Source: Cyanophora paradoxa CCMP329
Lineage: Eukaryota; Plantae; Glaucophyta
Length of the DNA stretch: 64,000 nt
NCBI GenBank assembly: GCA_004431415.1
Contig: QPMI01000588.1
Location: forward strand, 208,834-272,833
Reading direction: 5' to 3'
Position 1 is the stretch's first letter. Each line of letters begins with the position of its first letter. The position numbers and the translations under genes were made by a program. The notes beneath the pieces are model-generated. The model was not told where the DNA came from and made no database searches. It saw only the letters and a program-made list of their open reading frames with translations. Below are positions 47,817-59,000 of this stretch, piece after piece.

Positions 47817-48917
47817 TGAGCTGCCCGCGGAGGGTTGAGCTGAGAAGGGCCTAGCGCCCACCACAATCACTAAGTCCCGGGCTAGGAAGGAAGCCAACGG
47901 GCGGCTGACTGCCTCGAGCTATGCTCGGCTCAGTGACGGGCGGAGGGCCCTACGAAGACCTGGCCGAGCTCCGGGCGCGACTTGCGCCGGCCGAGGAGTC
48001 GGAAGGCGGCTGAGGCGCCGGATTCTGCCCCGGGCCCAGTGACAGGGGATGAGCATTCCCCCTCCTTGAGATGCAAGACCTGGTGGGGTACCGGGGTGCG
48101 CCGAGCACCAACGGGGGTACACACAGGCGGTCGTGCGCCGGGTCCCGCCCGGGTACGATGACTGGGATGCACAATTCCCCCATACAGGGCTCCACACCGG
48201 GGACGCTCGTGGTGGACGCTGGAGGGCCGCGTCCCTTAATGACGCGCGAGCACGGGTCGGGCAGGGTACCTCCCGCCGTACGATGGCGACGAGGGCACCT
48301 TGTGGCGGCGTCTAGCCTTGCCCTGGAGTTACTAGCTCCACCGCCGTTGTGGGCTTCTCAGCCCCTAATCGACGCGTGGCGGACGCGAGAGCGCGCGCAT
48401 GCCTGAGCAGTGGCGCTAGACGAGCTGCTTAGCCTACGTTTCGGGACGGGCATTGCGCTGGGGCTACTGGGCGCTACCGCGAGCGTCACGCCCCGCGTTG
48501 CAATTGCTGTTGCAGCGTGCGCTCTGCGGTTAACTTGCTGCGCGCGAGGACAGGCCTCCTCGCTTCTCCCTTCGATCCGCTCGCCTCGTGCGAGTTTCTG
48601 GGCGCCGGCCGAAGTTGGACCTTGCCCCTGGCGCTCCACGCTGGAGTCGTGCCGGCACTGCCGGGCGACAGTCTTTTCGATTCCCGGCAGTTGCCGGACA
48701 TGGATGGGCTCGGCGTCTTTTCGATTCCCGGCAGTAGCCGGTGACGCGAGCGTGAGTGCTCGGAGCCTTTTTCGATTCCCGCAGTAGCCGGTAGCTCCGA
48801 GCATTTGTATATAGCGGCCGGGGTGCGTTGTCTAGAGAGCTTAGGCTCGATCAAATTCCGGCTTCCCCGCCCTCTTTCTGTTCGCCTAGGGCGTAGACCC
48901 GCGCGGACGCGGGATCC

Positions 48918-48928
48918 GAGAGGAGGAG
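48918..48928 (+). other. Polypurine tract of element 2
   Basis: GAGAGGAGGAG, one base before the LTR start TGTCGCAT. Confidence 0.85.
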
Positions 48929-48929
48929 T

Positions 48930-49200
48930 TGTCGCATCGACATTATAGCGATGCTCGTTGTGAGCGCTAGGTCTAGATGATGTGCGCAGCCTTCGTGCTG
49001 CTAGATCGACGGCGCCTAGGCTAGTTAGAGCGCCGCGGTCACTTGTATGCGTGTGTCGGGTACGCCGTAGCTGGACGGGTACACCCTCAGTCTACCATCA
49101 CGGTGGCTAACAGCAGCAGCACTCGCCAAACCCCCCTGCGAGCTTGCACTCCGCACGGCTTCCGCGCGCACGATTAGACACACTAATCTCGCACGCGACA
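48930..49200 (+). repeat. 3' LTR of element 2 (271 bp), related to the element 1 LTRs
   Basis: TGTCGCAT...CACTAATCTCGCACGCGACA; shares GCAGCCTTCGTGCTGCTAG and CGGGTACGCCG with the element 1 LTRs. Confidence 0.88.
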
Positions 49201-50535
49201 CAGTATACGCCTGACGTACTAGTACCGTAGTACGTCGACGGTCTAGTTCTCCAGTATTACACGGTACGGCCCGCGGTATACGCGCCGCGCGTCTGCCGAG
49301 CTTCGAATTCCGATCCGAGTTCGAAACTTTTGAAATGTCGAGCCTCGGAGTAGCGACGTAAGCGTCGGTAACCCTACTAGACTCGATCATGATCATGATC
49401 AGTGACTACACGGCGCGCGAGTAGTCACTGTAGTCAGTGACGTGATCGTGTCGACCGTGACGGACACGCCGTCAGGGCCGTCACCATGCACGGCCGGCGG
49501 CCCGGTCGTCGCCGACTCGTCGTCGATCATGTACATCATAGTACATGTGATCACGCGCCGGCGCGGTGATCGAACTTTCGGAATTTCGAACCTCCGGCGC
49601 CGGGCCGGCGCGCGGCGCCGCGCCGCCCCGCGCGCGGCCGGCCCGCGCCGAGGTTTTTAAGTTTTAAGTTAATTTAGTACGGAATTATAAAATAGTAATT
49701 AGTACTTCGAAATTCGCGAAAACTGCGCATGCCACTTTAAAAACAATTTAGCAGCTGATAGATTTTAGTAGGTCAGTCTTCGCACATCATCATGCGGGCC
49801 ATGATGCGGCATATATGTAGCATACAAGCGCTCGCAGGGCTTTGCAATTGTATGGCGAGAGTCGCCGGATGGAGACAGGACGTCGACTACCCTGAGAATC
49901 TCGACTTGAGCAGGCTTTTAGTTCTATAATTTATATATGCAGCGTACTAAATATTTCTAGCTATAGTTCTACAGTAATTATAACGCTGCGTTAACGCATG
50001 CGCATGTGCAGACCCACATGTATACGTAGCTATAGCTTTTAGCTATTTATATAGCAGGGGGTACGACCTAAATACACGTAGCTATTTTTTTATATTCGTA
50101 TACGAGAAAAACGACCTAAAACGACCCAGATTTCCGAAGTTTGCCCGGCGGCCGATTTTTCAGGCACTTTCGTGCTTTAACTGCGAGCTGTTTCCACGGG
50201 CTTCTAAAGTGTCGAATTTTGGAGGGACATGCCATGATGGTCAGCATCGCGCGCGGTGCTGCTAGCTACGCCTGTAGATCTGACTCAAAGTACCCCCAAA
50301 TCGTTAGGTGGGGCGCCTGGGTCGTGATGTTTTGGCGCCAGATACCCCCACCTGGCGGAGGTCCTGCTCACGTGCACTGGCCTCATATATACATTTTTCT
50401 TTGTATACGTAGCCGAAATCCTTACTCGAGCTCATGATCAGTGAGTGGAGTGAGAGTCTGTGAGACCCTCGACCCTCCACTGATCTCACTGGACCCAGCC
50501 CTACTAGGCTAGTACTTACTAGTAGCCTAGTAGTA

Positions 50536-51318
50536 CCGTAAAACACTTAAGTAATGCGGGCACTTAAGTAATGCGGTCCCGAAATAATGCGTTTTCCGCT
50601 GGCAAAACGCATTATTTCGGGACCGCATTAATATCGAAGCGCTCAGCCGGCGCTAAGAAAACTGCGGTATGTACCCCCCTCACGCAGCCAGAAGGCTTCT
50701 TTTTGTTCGACTGCCCGTCTCGACCCCGGTCGGCTTTAGTGATTCCTTTGACTGTCCTTTTGCCTGCTCTTGATCCGCCTGCTCCGCCTCCTGTGTCCTC
50801 CTCGACCTTGTGCCGTAGCTCTGCCCTTTCGCGTCGTCCTGCTTCGCCTCCGCCTCCGCGTCGTCTTGTTGTTCCTCTTACTTGTCTGCTTCCTGTTATT
50901 TATCTTTCTCAAATTTGTCCTCCGCTTCTTAGTGATGTAATTCCTTCCGATATTGATGGTATCTCTAGCTCTGGCTCTTCTTTGTGTCAGTCATCCTCTG
51001 TCCCTAGATCTGCTCGATTTCTCGTCTCTTCTCGATCTGTCTCGAGCTCTGTGTCTTTTCTTTTTTATTGTCGTTTTTGGCTCTTTGTCTTCTCTTTCTT
51101 CGTGCTCTTGTCTTAGTTATTTTGCTTTTTTGTCTTTAGGCCCCCTGGGCAGCCCCCGCAGTGCTGGTGTCTAGAGACTGTGGCCGGTAATTCACCAAAA
51201 AAAAAAAATTCAAAACGCATTAATTCGGCGGCGCATTATTAACCGTACTGGGGGTCCGGGTCCAAAAACGCATTAATATTACTTACAATTACCGGCGCAT
51301 TACTTAAGTGTTGTACGG
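50536..51318. mobile_element. MITE A, Tc1/mariner superfamily (pogo/Tc2-like CCGT ends), TA TSD, carrying a non-LTR fragment
   Basis: TA|CCGTAAAACACTTAAGTAATGCG ... CGCATTACTTAAGTGTTGTACGG|TA; internal CGCATTA repeats. Confidence 0.88.
50705..51208 (+). mobile_element. 5'-truncated poly(A)-tailed non-LTR element fragment inside MITE A
   Basis: Colinear with 54155-54330 plus 55106-55444; ends GGCCGGTAATTCACC(A)12. Confidence 0.8.
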
Positions 51319-51635
51319 TAGTATCATACGCGCGCGTGACGGCGCGTCTAGATCTGCCGGAGCTTCGAAATGTCGAGTCGCGACGGTAACCCTACCCGGG
51401 GCCGGTCCCTACGTAACGGGTATACCGTAGTACGTACCCTAGTACCGTGTAACACTTAAGTAATGCACGGCGTTGCACGCACTTAAGTAATGCGATCCCA
51501 AATTTAAATTAATGCGTTTCCCGCTAGCGCTGGCAAAACGCATTAATTTAATAATTTTGGACCGCATTAATATCGAAACGCTAAGAAGCTACGTTATGTA
51601 CCCCCATAACACAGCCAAGATCTAGAAGCTTCAAA

Positions 51636-52434
51636 TCGGCCTTGGGGGAAAGGAGAGGCCCTTAGGTCTGTTGGTCACTTGTCACAAAATTTTAGAAAGC
51701 GAAATTCGTATTTTTGAAGACACCTACTACCCCATTTTAGACCCTGGGGAGCACGATGGTCCGGCCCGTTTTCCTATGAGAGGCCTCTAATGGGCAGTAA
51801 CAGCACGTCGAAAAGCATCGAAAAGCATTTTCACGAAAAGCGCAAATAACATTGGTCGTCCGAGTCGAAATTTGAAAATTATTAATTTCAAGAGACCGCA
51901 CCCCATTCGCTAGGAAATAGTTTCCAAATTAACGGAGCCCCACGGGGCCGGCCAGCAAATTTGTATGAGACAGAGTCGATGTGTGCCACGAGGTGGGTTT
52001 TAAATATACTTGATGCGTTAGTTGAAAGATTATCAAAATAAACAATTTAGACAGAGCCTTATTACTGCGAATTACATTCAAATGATTCATAGATTATTAT
52101 TAACCACCTCCAAAAAGCGCCGAAAGTCGTTTTCAATAACTTAGTAAGCTGAGACGACCAATGGCCCAGGCAATGGGCCCCTCGGGACCTGTACTCGGTA
52201 CAATTGCGGCCGATTGGGCTCCGCATCGATATCTGTACCCTTGCGACACAATTTTGTACCCTCTCACTTGAGTGTGTACCCTTGCCGAGTGGACCCCCTG
52301 TTTCTCCTCCCCCCTCCGGGATCCCCCGTAACCGCGCGCGGTTGCGGGCCCCCGTTTAAAAACAAAGAGCTGCCACCCTCACGCCTTGAAGCCCCAAGAC
52401 CCAAGGCCACTCCTGCTCCGCAGGGACTCGCTTG
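51636..52434 (+). mobile_element. Non-autonomous Helitron2/Helentron-like element, copy 1
   Basis: 5' TC and 3' CTTG, inserted between A and T with no TSD; hairpin CCTGC-TCC-GCAGG (52412-52424) 10 nt from the 3' end; asymmetric inverted repeat GGCCTTGGG (51638-51646) / CCCAAGGCC (52400-52408); second copy at 54331-55105. Confidence 0.75.
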
Positions 52435-52449
52435 TTTAAAACGCATTAA

Positions 52450-53093
52450 CTCTTTGTTTTTTTGAGAGACTACGGTGGGGCGAACCCCCCGTATACGTAG
52501 GTAGTGATATTAAGGACAACAAAGCAATCACAAATCAAAGATACAGTAAAGTAGCACAAAATAGAGGGATCACGAGAAGGGACACGGCCAGATCTAGAAG
52601 AACGCAAAAGATAAGGAGAACGAGCACGAGGAGAAGGAGTAGAAGAGCTCAAGGACGTCGACGCAGAAGTACTAGTCACACTAGAACGACGAGGAGCACG
52701 GGGACGCAGCGAATAAGGAGAACGAGCTCGAGCACGAGGAACTACAGTCGAAGACGAATTCGAAGATCTAGACGTCGACGAAGACGACAAAATAGAGCTA
52801 ACAGCAGAATTAGAAGACGTAGTCGCAGGAGGCAGAGGCGGCAGAACAGTAGGAGAGGCGAAACGTAGGACACCACTAGAAGGGAGAGTCGACGTCGAAG
52901 CTGGCGGAGTGTCTAAACGGAATCGAGATTGTAGAGTTGGTAAAACAATGGACGGCTGAAGACTAATCTGAGGAACTGAGGACGACACGAGGAAAGGGGC
53001 AGAACTCGGATTCAGACTCGGAGTCGGCAGTATAAGAGGAGGGGCAAAACGCAAGCCAGTAGTGACAGGGAAGGCAGACGATGGGGCTGAACC
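52450..53093 (-). mobile_element. 5'-truncated non-LTR element fragment (second family) with a 9-bp TSD
   Basis: Flanked by ACGCATTAA (52441-52449 and 53094-53102); A-rich tail on the minus strand; pyrimidine-rich body. Confidence 0.7.
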
Positions 53094-53409
53094 ACGCATT
53101 AATTCGGTACCGCATTAATATCCATTGTAGGGGTCGGGGTCCAAAAAACGCATTAATTATAATTTCTGGCGCATTAATTAAGTGTTACACGGTAGCTTTA
53201 GCTATTTATATATATAGCTATACTATGATAGTCTGATTCAGTGATCATGGACTCTACATCTGATCATCGAGTCTGATCGAGTCTCCGAGGCTCGGCTCTG
53301 ATCATCGAGTCTGATGTACATTTTGACAAAGAATCAAAAAACAATTCGTATAAGAACAGAAGTACCCCAGGTAGTGTCTCGAATATAGTGTCTCAGTGTT
53401 TAAAATTTA

Positions 53410-55444
53410 AGCGGCCCGCGGCCGCTAGCGCTTGAGCTCCCCCTTCGGCGCCTCGGGTCCCATCTGCGCGTCTTCTCTGCGCCGCCCCTGACCCCCGTGT
53501 CATCTGATCCGGCGCCACCCGACCTTTCTCCTGCTTCGCTGCCCTCTCTTCCGTCCTCGCGATCGCCTCTTCCGTCTCGTAGGCCTCCGCCGCGTTCCCG
53601 TCGGCGGATCTCTCGATCGACCCTGGACTCTCCGCCTGCCACTGTCTGCGGGGTACCTCCGCCGCCGTGTTCGGCGCCGGCTGTCAGTACTTTGCTCGGT
53701 AGCTCCCCCGTCGTGGCTCCCGGAGTCCTCGGGGGCCTCTTCGTCGTCGTCGTTCGCTGGGTTCCGGCTCCGGGTCAGATTTCTCGCCGGGCTTACCTTC
53801 TCCTGGCTCTGCTCCTGGGCCCTCAGCTCCGATCCGGGCCGGGACCGGCTTCCCCGATCTCCTCCCGGACTCGTGGTCGTACCCGTCGCCGGCTTGCCGA
53901 GCTCGAGCCTGCGTCTCCTTCTACTTCCCTCCGGCGGTTTGCCGGGCCGGACCCTCCGGCCTTTGTTCTTGATACCGGACTGCCGCCTTTGCCTTCGTCT
54001 TCTGCTTCGCTGGTCGTATCCGCCGGCGCCGGCGTACTTCGTCTTATAGTTTAGTTCGGTCTGGTTCGGATTCTGATCGTAGTGTTGATGCTAGAGTTAG
54101 TTTCAATACTAGCTATAGTCCTCGTGCTCGACCTGTTGTTCGCCGTCGTTTGCAGTTCGACTGCCCGCCTCGACCCCGGCCGGCTTTAGTGATTCCTTTG
54201 ACTGTCCTTTTGCCTGCTCTTGATCCGCCTGCTCCGCCTCCTGTGTCCTCCTCGACCTCGTGCCGTAGCTCTGCCCTTTCGCATCGTTCTGCTTCGCCTC
54301 CGCCTCCACGTCGTCTTGTTGTTCCTCTTACAAGCGAGTCCCTGCGGAGCAGGAGTGGCCTTGGGTCTTGGGGCTTCAAGGCGTGAGGGCGGCAGCTCTT
54401 TGTTTTTAAACGGGGGCCGGCCCGCAATTGCAACCGCGCGCGGTTACGGGGGAGGGGGGAGGAGAAACAGGGGGGTCCACTCGGCAAGGGTACACACTCA
54501 AGTGAGAGGGTACAGAGTTGTGCTGCAAGGGTACAGATATCGATGCGGGGCCCAATCGGCCGCAGTTGTACTGAGTACAGGCCCCGCCGGGCGCCGGGCC
54601 GAGGGGCCCATTGGTCGTCTCAGCTGAATGAAAACGACTTTCGGCACTTTTTGGAGGCGGTTAAGAATTATCTATGAATCATTTGAATATAATTCGCAGT
54701 AATAAGGCTCTGTCTAAATTGTTTATTTTGATAATCTTTCAACTAACGCATCAAGTATATTTTTATACGCATCAACTAACGCATCATAGTGGCTCTCCGT
54801 TAATTTGGAAACTATTTCCTAGCGAATGGGGTGCGGTCTCTTCAAATTAATAATTTTTAAATTTCGACTTGGAAGGCCAATGTGATTTGCGCTTTCTATT
54901 TTTTTCCGGGAAAATGCTTTTCTGTGCTTTTCGACGTGCTGTTACTGCCCATTAGAGGCCTCTCATAGGAAAACGGGCCGGACCATCGTGCTCCCCAGGG
55001 TCTAAAATGGGGTAGTAGGTGTCTCCAAATATACGAATTTCGCTTTTTGAAATCCGTCACATCAAACCAAACAGACGTAAGGGCCTCTCCTTTCCCCAAG
55101 GCCGACTTGTCTGCTTCCTGTTATTTATCTTTCTCAATTTTGTCCTCCGCTTCTTAGTGATGTAATTTCTTCCGATATTGATGGTATCTCTAGCTCTGGC
55201 TCTTCTTCGTGTCAGTCATCCGGATCCTCTGTCCCTCGATCTGCTCGGTTTGTCCTCTCTTCTCGATCTGTCCGACGGTCTCGAGCTCTGTGTCTTTTCT
55301 TTTTTATTGTCGATTTTGGCTCTTTGTCTTATCTTTCTTCGTGCTCTTATCTTAGTTATTTTGCTTTTTTGTCTTTATGCCCCCTGGGCAGCCCCCGCAG
55401 TGCTGGTGTCTAGAGACTGTGGCCGGTAATTCACCAAAAAAAAA
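53410..55444 (+). mobile_element. Longer poly(A)-tailed non-LTR fragment interrupted by Helitron-like copy 2; left boundary uncertain
   Basis: 54155-54330 and 55106-55444 match 50705-51208; ends AATTCACC(A)9. Confidence 0.7.
54331..55105 (-). mobile_element. Helitron2/Helentron-like element, copy 2
   Basis: Reverse complement of 51636-52434 with the same termini. The empty site CCTCTTA|CTTGTCTG is visible at 50874-50888, showing insertion without a TSD. Confidence 0.8.
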
Positions 55445-56009
55445 TTGAATATTAATTCAAGCTTAAATATGGGGACACCGGTACCCTCGTTTCAAATCCC
55501 GCGCCGGGCGCCGGGCGGTGCCCGGACGCGCTCAACTTGGCAAATTAATTAAAAGCTGAAGGCAGCGCGCGGCGGCAGCTGCAGCGATCTGAGCGAGCCT
55601 GAGCAATGCGATGCAATCGAAGTGTCGGCCGCGGGCGATCAGCAGATTCGGCCGCCGGGCTGGGCCATGGCCAGGAGCACTTCCCGCCGGGGGAAGCTTA
55701 ATTAAGGGGGGTCCCGGCCGCGGGTCATGCAGGGGGAGTCGGGGGAAGGGGGGGGACAAGGGAACAGACCGGGATCGACCGTCGGACTTGGCGATGCGAT
55801 ATCGATAGATCTAGAATCGAGCTCGATCATCGAATCGCTCGCGCTGGGAGCGTCGCGATCGCAATCATCATGATCATGAAAACATATGCATGCACAGTCG
55901 ATGTCGAAAGACGGCGGCGGCGGCTGCCGGCGGGCCGGCGCCGGGGCCTTGGGGCCTGCAGCCGCTCCGACTCTCCGAGGTTCATAAATAGCTATAGTGG
56001 CAGCGGCGG

Positions 56010-59000
56010 CTAGCCAAAATGCGACGGGCGGGCTAGCCGCGCTGGAGGGCTGCCCCCGGGTCGCACTTGAAGGGCGCCTCGCCGCAGGAGGCCGGCGCGG
56101 GGCCCTCGACCTCCCCCGCCGCCCCGCCCTGCAGGTACACCCCGACCCGCCCCACGCCCCGCACCGAGCAGCCGCGCAGCGCCACGCGCGCCCCCGGGCC
56201 GGCCCGCACGCCGAACTGGCGGCAGGGCCCCACCGCGCAGTCCGTGAGCTCGGCGCGGGCCCCGGGGAGGGCGTCGAGGCCCGTCCGGCACTGCCGCAGC
56301 CGGCACGCGTACAGCCGCGCCTCCGCCCCCTCTGCCGCCCCGTGAGATGGCGATGCCTCAGCAAGCGCGGCGCGAGTCGGGGCGGGGGCGGGGGGGCACG
56401 GTGGACGGCGACGGCGGGCTCGTCGGGGGAGGCGCAGCAGGCAAGGCCCTCCAGCGCCCACCGCCCGCTCCGCACCGCCACGCCCCCGACCCCCATCCCC
56501 TGGCCCCAGGAAGGGTGAGGGGCGGGGGGGGGGGGGGGCGGGGGGGGTGGGGGGGGGGGGGGGGGTGGGGGGGGGGGGGGGCGGACCTCCTCCGCGTCCT
56601 CTTCGTCGCCGTCCTCGTCGTCCCCGCTGCCCGCCTCGCCGCCCCCGACGGCGAGCGAGAGGTTCGCGAGCCGCCCCTGGGGCGCGTCCAGCCACAGCAC
56701 CGTGCCGCCCCTCCCCGCCCGCTGCGCATCCCCGTCGGATGTGGGGCTCGGGGGGGAAGGGGAAGGGGGGGATGAGATACAGAGAAACGAGGCGTACCCG
56801 GAGGATGACCTCCCCCTCCCCCACCACCGCGAGCTCGCACGTGACGTCCAGCGTCTCCCGCTCCACGTACTCCCCTCCCCGCACCCGCACCTGTACCCGG
56901 ATCAGGCGGGTAGGATGGAGCGCCGAGGGGGGTACGCGGGCGCGCCTCGTCGCCGTCCGTGGCTGCTGCGAGGGCCTCGCGGAGGGAGGGGTACGGGCCC
57001 AGGACGGCCCGCCCCGCCCCGTCCAGCGCCCCTGGCCTGCCGAAGGCTCGAGATTAGATGGAGAGGCGTGGCGGCGAGGGAAGGGACGGGGGTACGCACG
57101 TAGGGCGCATCTCTTGGTCCACTACGAGGAGCCGCCCTGCGGCCCCTCCTCCTCCTCCCCCTTCTCCTCCTCGCCCTCCTCTCTTGCAGTCTCCTCGGCC
57201 TCTTCAACGGCGGCCGCCGAGGGGACGCTGGCCCTGCGCGCCGCCTCGGCCGCCGCGGGGCACTCCGCCGCCGCCGCCGCCGCCGCCCCGCCCCCGCTTC
57301 CTTTCGGACGCGTGAGAAGCGCAAGGGTTCAAGGTCGAGGGAGGGCCGCACGGCTCCCGAGCCGCCGGCGCCCGCCTCGGCCTCCGCCTGCTCCTCGGCG
57401 ATGGCGGCCGCCCGGCGGGAGCGGCGGCGCGCCTCCGCCACCGCCTCCGCCTCCGCCTCGTCCGCCCGCAGCGCCCCCACCAGCTGCCCCGCCCGCGGCC
57501 ACGGAGTCAGAGGAAGCGAAGCGACGGGTACCGCGCAACAGCAAAGCACCGCGCGGAGCTCGTCGACGGAGGGCCCGGCGTACCCCTGCGGCCTCTCGCC
57601 CCCGGCCCCGCCGGCCTCGACGAGCTCGCCGCCCTTCTCGGTGCGGTAGGGCGCGCCGGCCGCGGCCCCCGGGCCCTGCTGGAGGCCCCAAGCGCGGAGG
57701 CGCGAGACGCGGTCCGCCCCGGCCGCCCCCGCCGGCGCGACGACGCCGAAGCCCAGCGAGTCTGCGTCACGGAGCCGGTCCCTTCGGCTCGAAGGGGGGC
57801 GGTGCGGGCGAGGAGAGAAGCACCGTGGACGTCGCAGGAGGAGAGAGTGACGTCCGACCCCGCCTGCGCCTCGACGCACGCCCGCAGGCAGCCGTACACG
57901 TCGCACCTGAGGCGGGCGGGCGGCGTGAGGGAGGGAGGCTGCCTCCAAGGCACAAGTCAGCGAGGCGAGCGCACCCCGAGAGGGAGGCGCGGGCGCCGAG
58001 GCCGGCGCTGACGCCCACGCGGCAGCCCGAGACGGCGCAGCGCTCGAGGGCGGCGCGCGCGCCCTCTCGCACGAAGACGCCCACCGAGCCCCGGGCCGTC
58101 ACCCGGAGCCCCTCCAGCGACCAGCGGCCCCCTGCCCCGAGGTTAAAGGGGGGAGGCCAACGAACAAAGAGAAAGGGAAAACGGTGTACCCCGGACGAGG
58201 ACGGCCATCATGCCGTCGCCCTCGCCGCCGAAAGAGGATGAGGAGGGGAGCAGGCCGGGGCGCCCCGCGGAGGAGGAGGAGGAGGAGGAGGGCGGCGGGG
58301 CGGGCGGGGCAGGGGCGGCGCGGACGGTGAGGTTCGAGACGGCGCCGACGGCGGCGCCGAGCTCGAGGACCACGCCGCTCGCCCCGCTCCGCGAGAGCAC
58401 CACCTGCGGCGGGGAGGTGGGCGTTCGAGCTTGAGCACGGGGGGCGGGGGGCGGGGGGCGGGGCTCGGCACCCTGGAGGGGTCCCCCTCGCCGCGGATGC
58501 GGACGCAGCGGGGCACGGCGAGCGCCCGCCGCGCCTCGTACTCCCCCGCCCGCACCACTGGCCCCGCGCCCCGCACGGCCCGGCTCAGAAAGACTCTGAG
58601 GCCTCCCGAGACGAGACGGGCGCCCGCCCGCACCGATCTCGTCGCCGCCGCGGGCCGCCACCAGCGCGTCCTCCAGCGACACGAAGCACTGGGGGGTACG
58701 CGCTCAGAGGGTGGGGTGGGGTGGAGGAAGAGGGGGTACGGGACGCGCCTCGGCGTCGCCGGGGAGGCCGGCGGGGAGGTTGCCCGTGAAGCCGGCGTCG
58801 ACGAAGAGGGTGCGGCCGGACGGCACCGGCTCCGCCTTGATCGCGTTGCAGCGCAGGGCCTCCGCCCGCCCCTCCCCGACCACCCCGTCCGCCCCGCAGT
58901 GCCAGATCTGCTCTTCGTGTGAGAAACGACGAAGGCAAAGATAAACTGTTTTTTAAATAGGGAGCGCCTCGTTGTTGGTGAGGCTGGAGAAGCAGCCGTC

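Larger units (their letters stand above)
21956..49200 (+). mobile_element. Giant Ty3/gypsy LTR retrotransposon (element 2), 5'-truncated and interrupted by a 12-kb nested insertion
   Basis: Domain order gag(CCHC)-PR-RT-RH-IN, then PPT and a 271-bp 3' LTR; no matching 5' LTR in the window. Confidence 0.93.
51445..53192. mobile_element. MITE B, same family as MITE A, TA TSD, carrying two nested insertions
   Basis: TA|CCGTGTAACACTTAA ... TTAAGTGTTACACGG|TA; both arms align to MITE A. Confidence 0.88.

Noticed and set aside
49660-50430. Possible additional DNA element with ACGACC repeats
   Set aside because: No convincing TIR pair, TSD or second copy in the window.
52470-53099. 209-aa Ser/Arg/Pro-rich ORF as a host gene
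   Set aside because: Low complexity and almost exactly coextensive with a TSD-flanked insertion.
56518-56581. Poly-G tract as a poly-proline coding segment or telomere
   Set aside because: It is probably a C-rich intron of the minus-strand gene, its length is unreliable, and it has no telomeric repeat unit.
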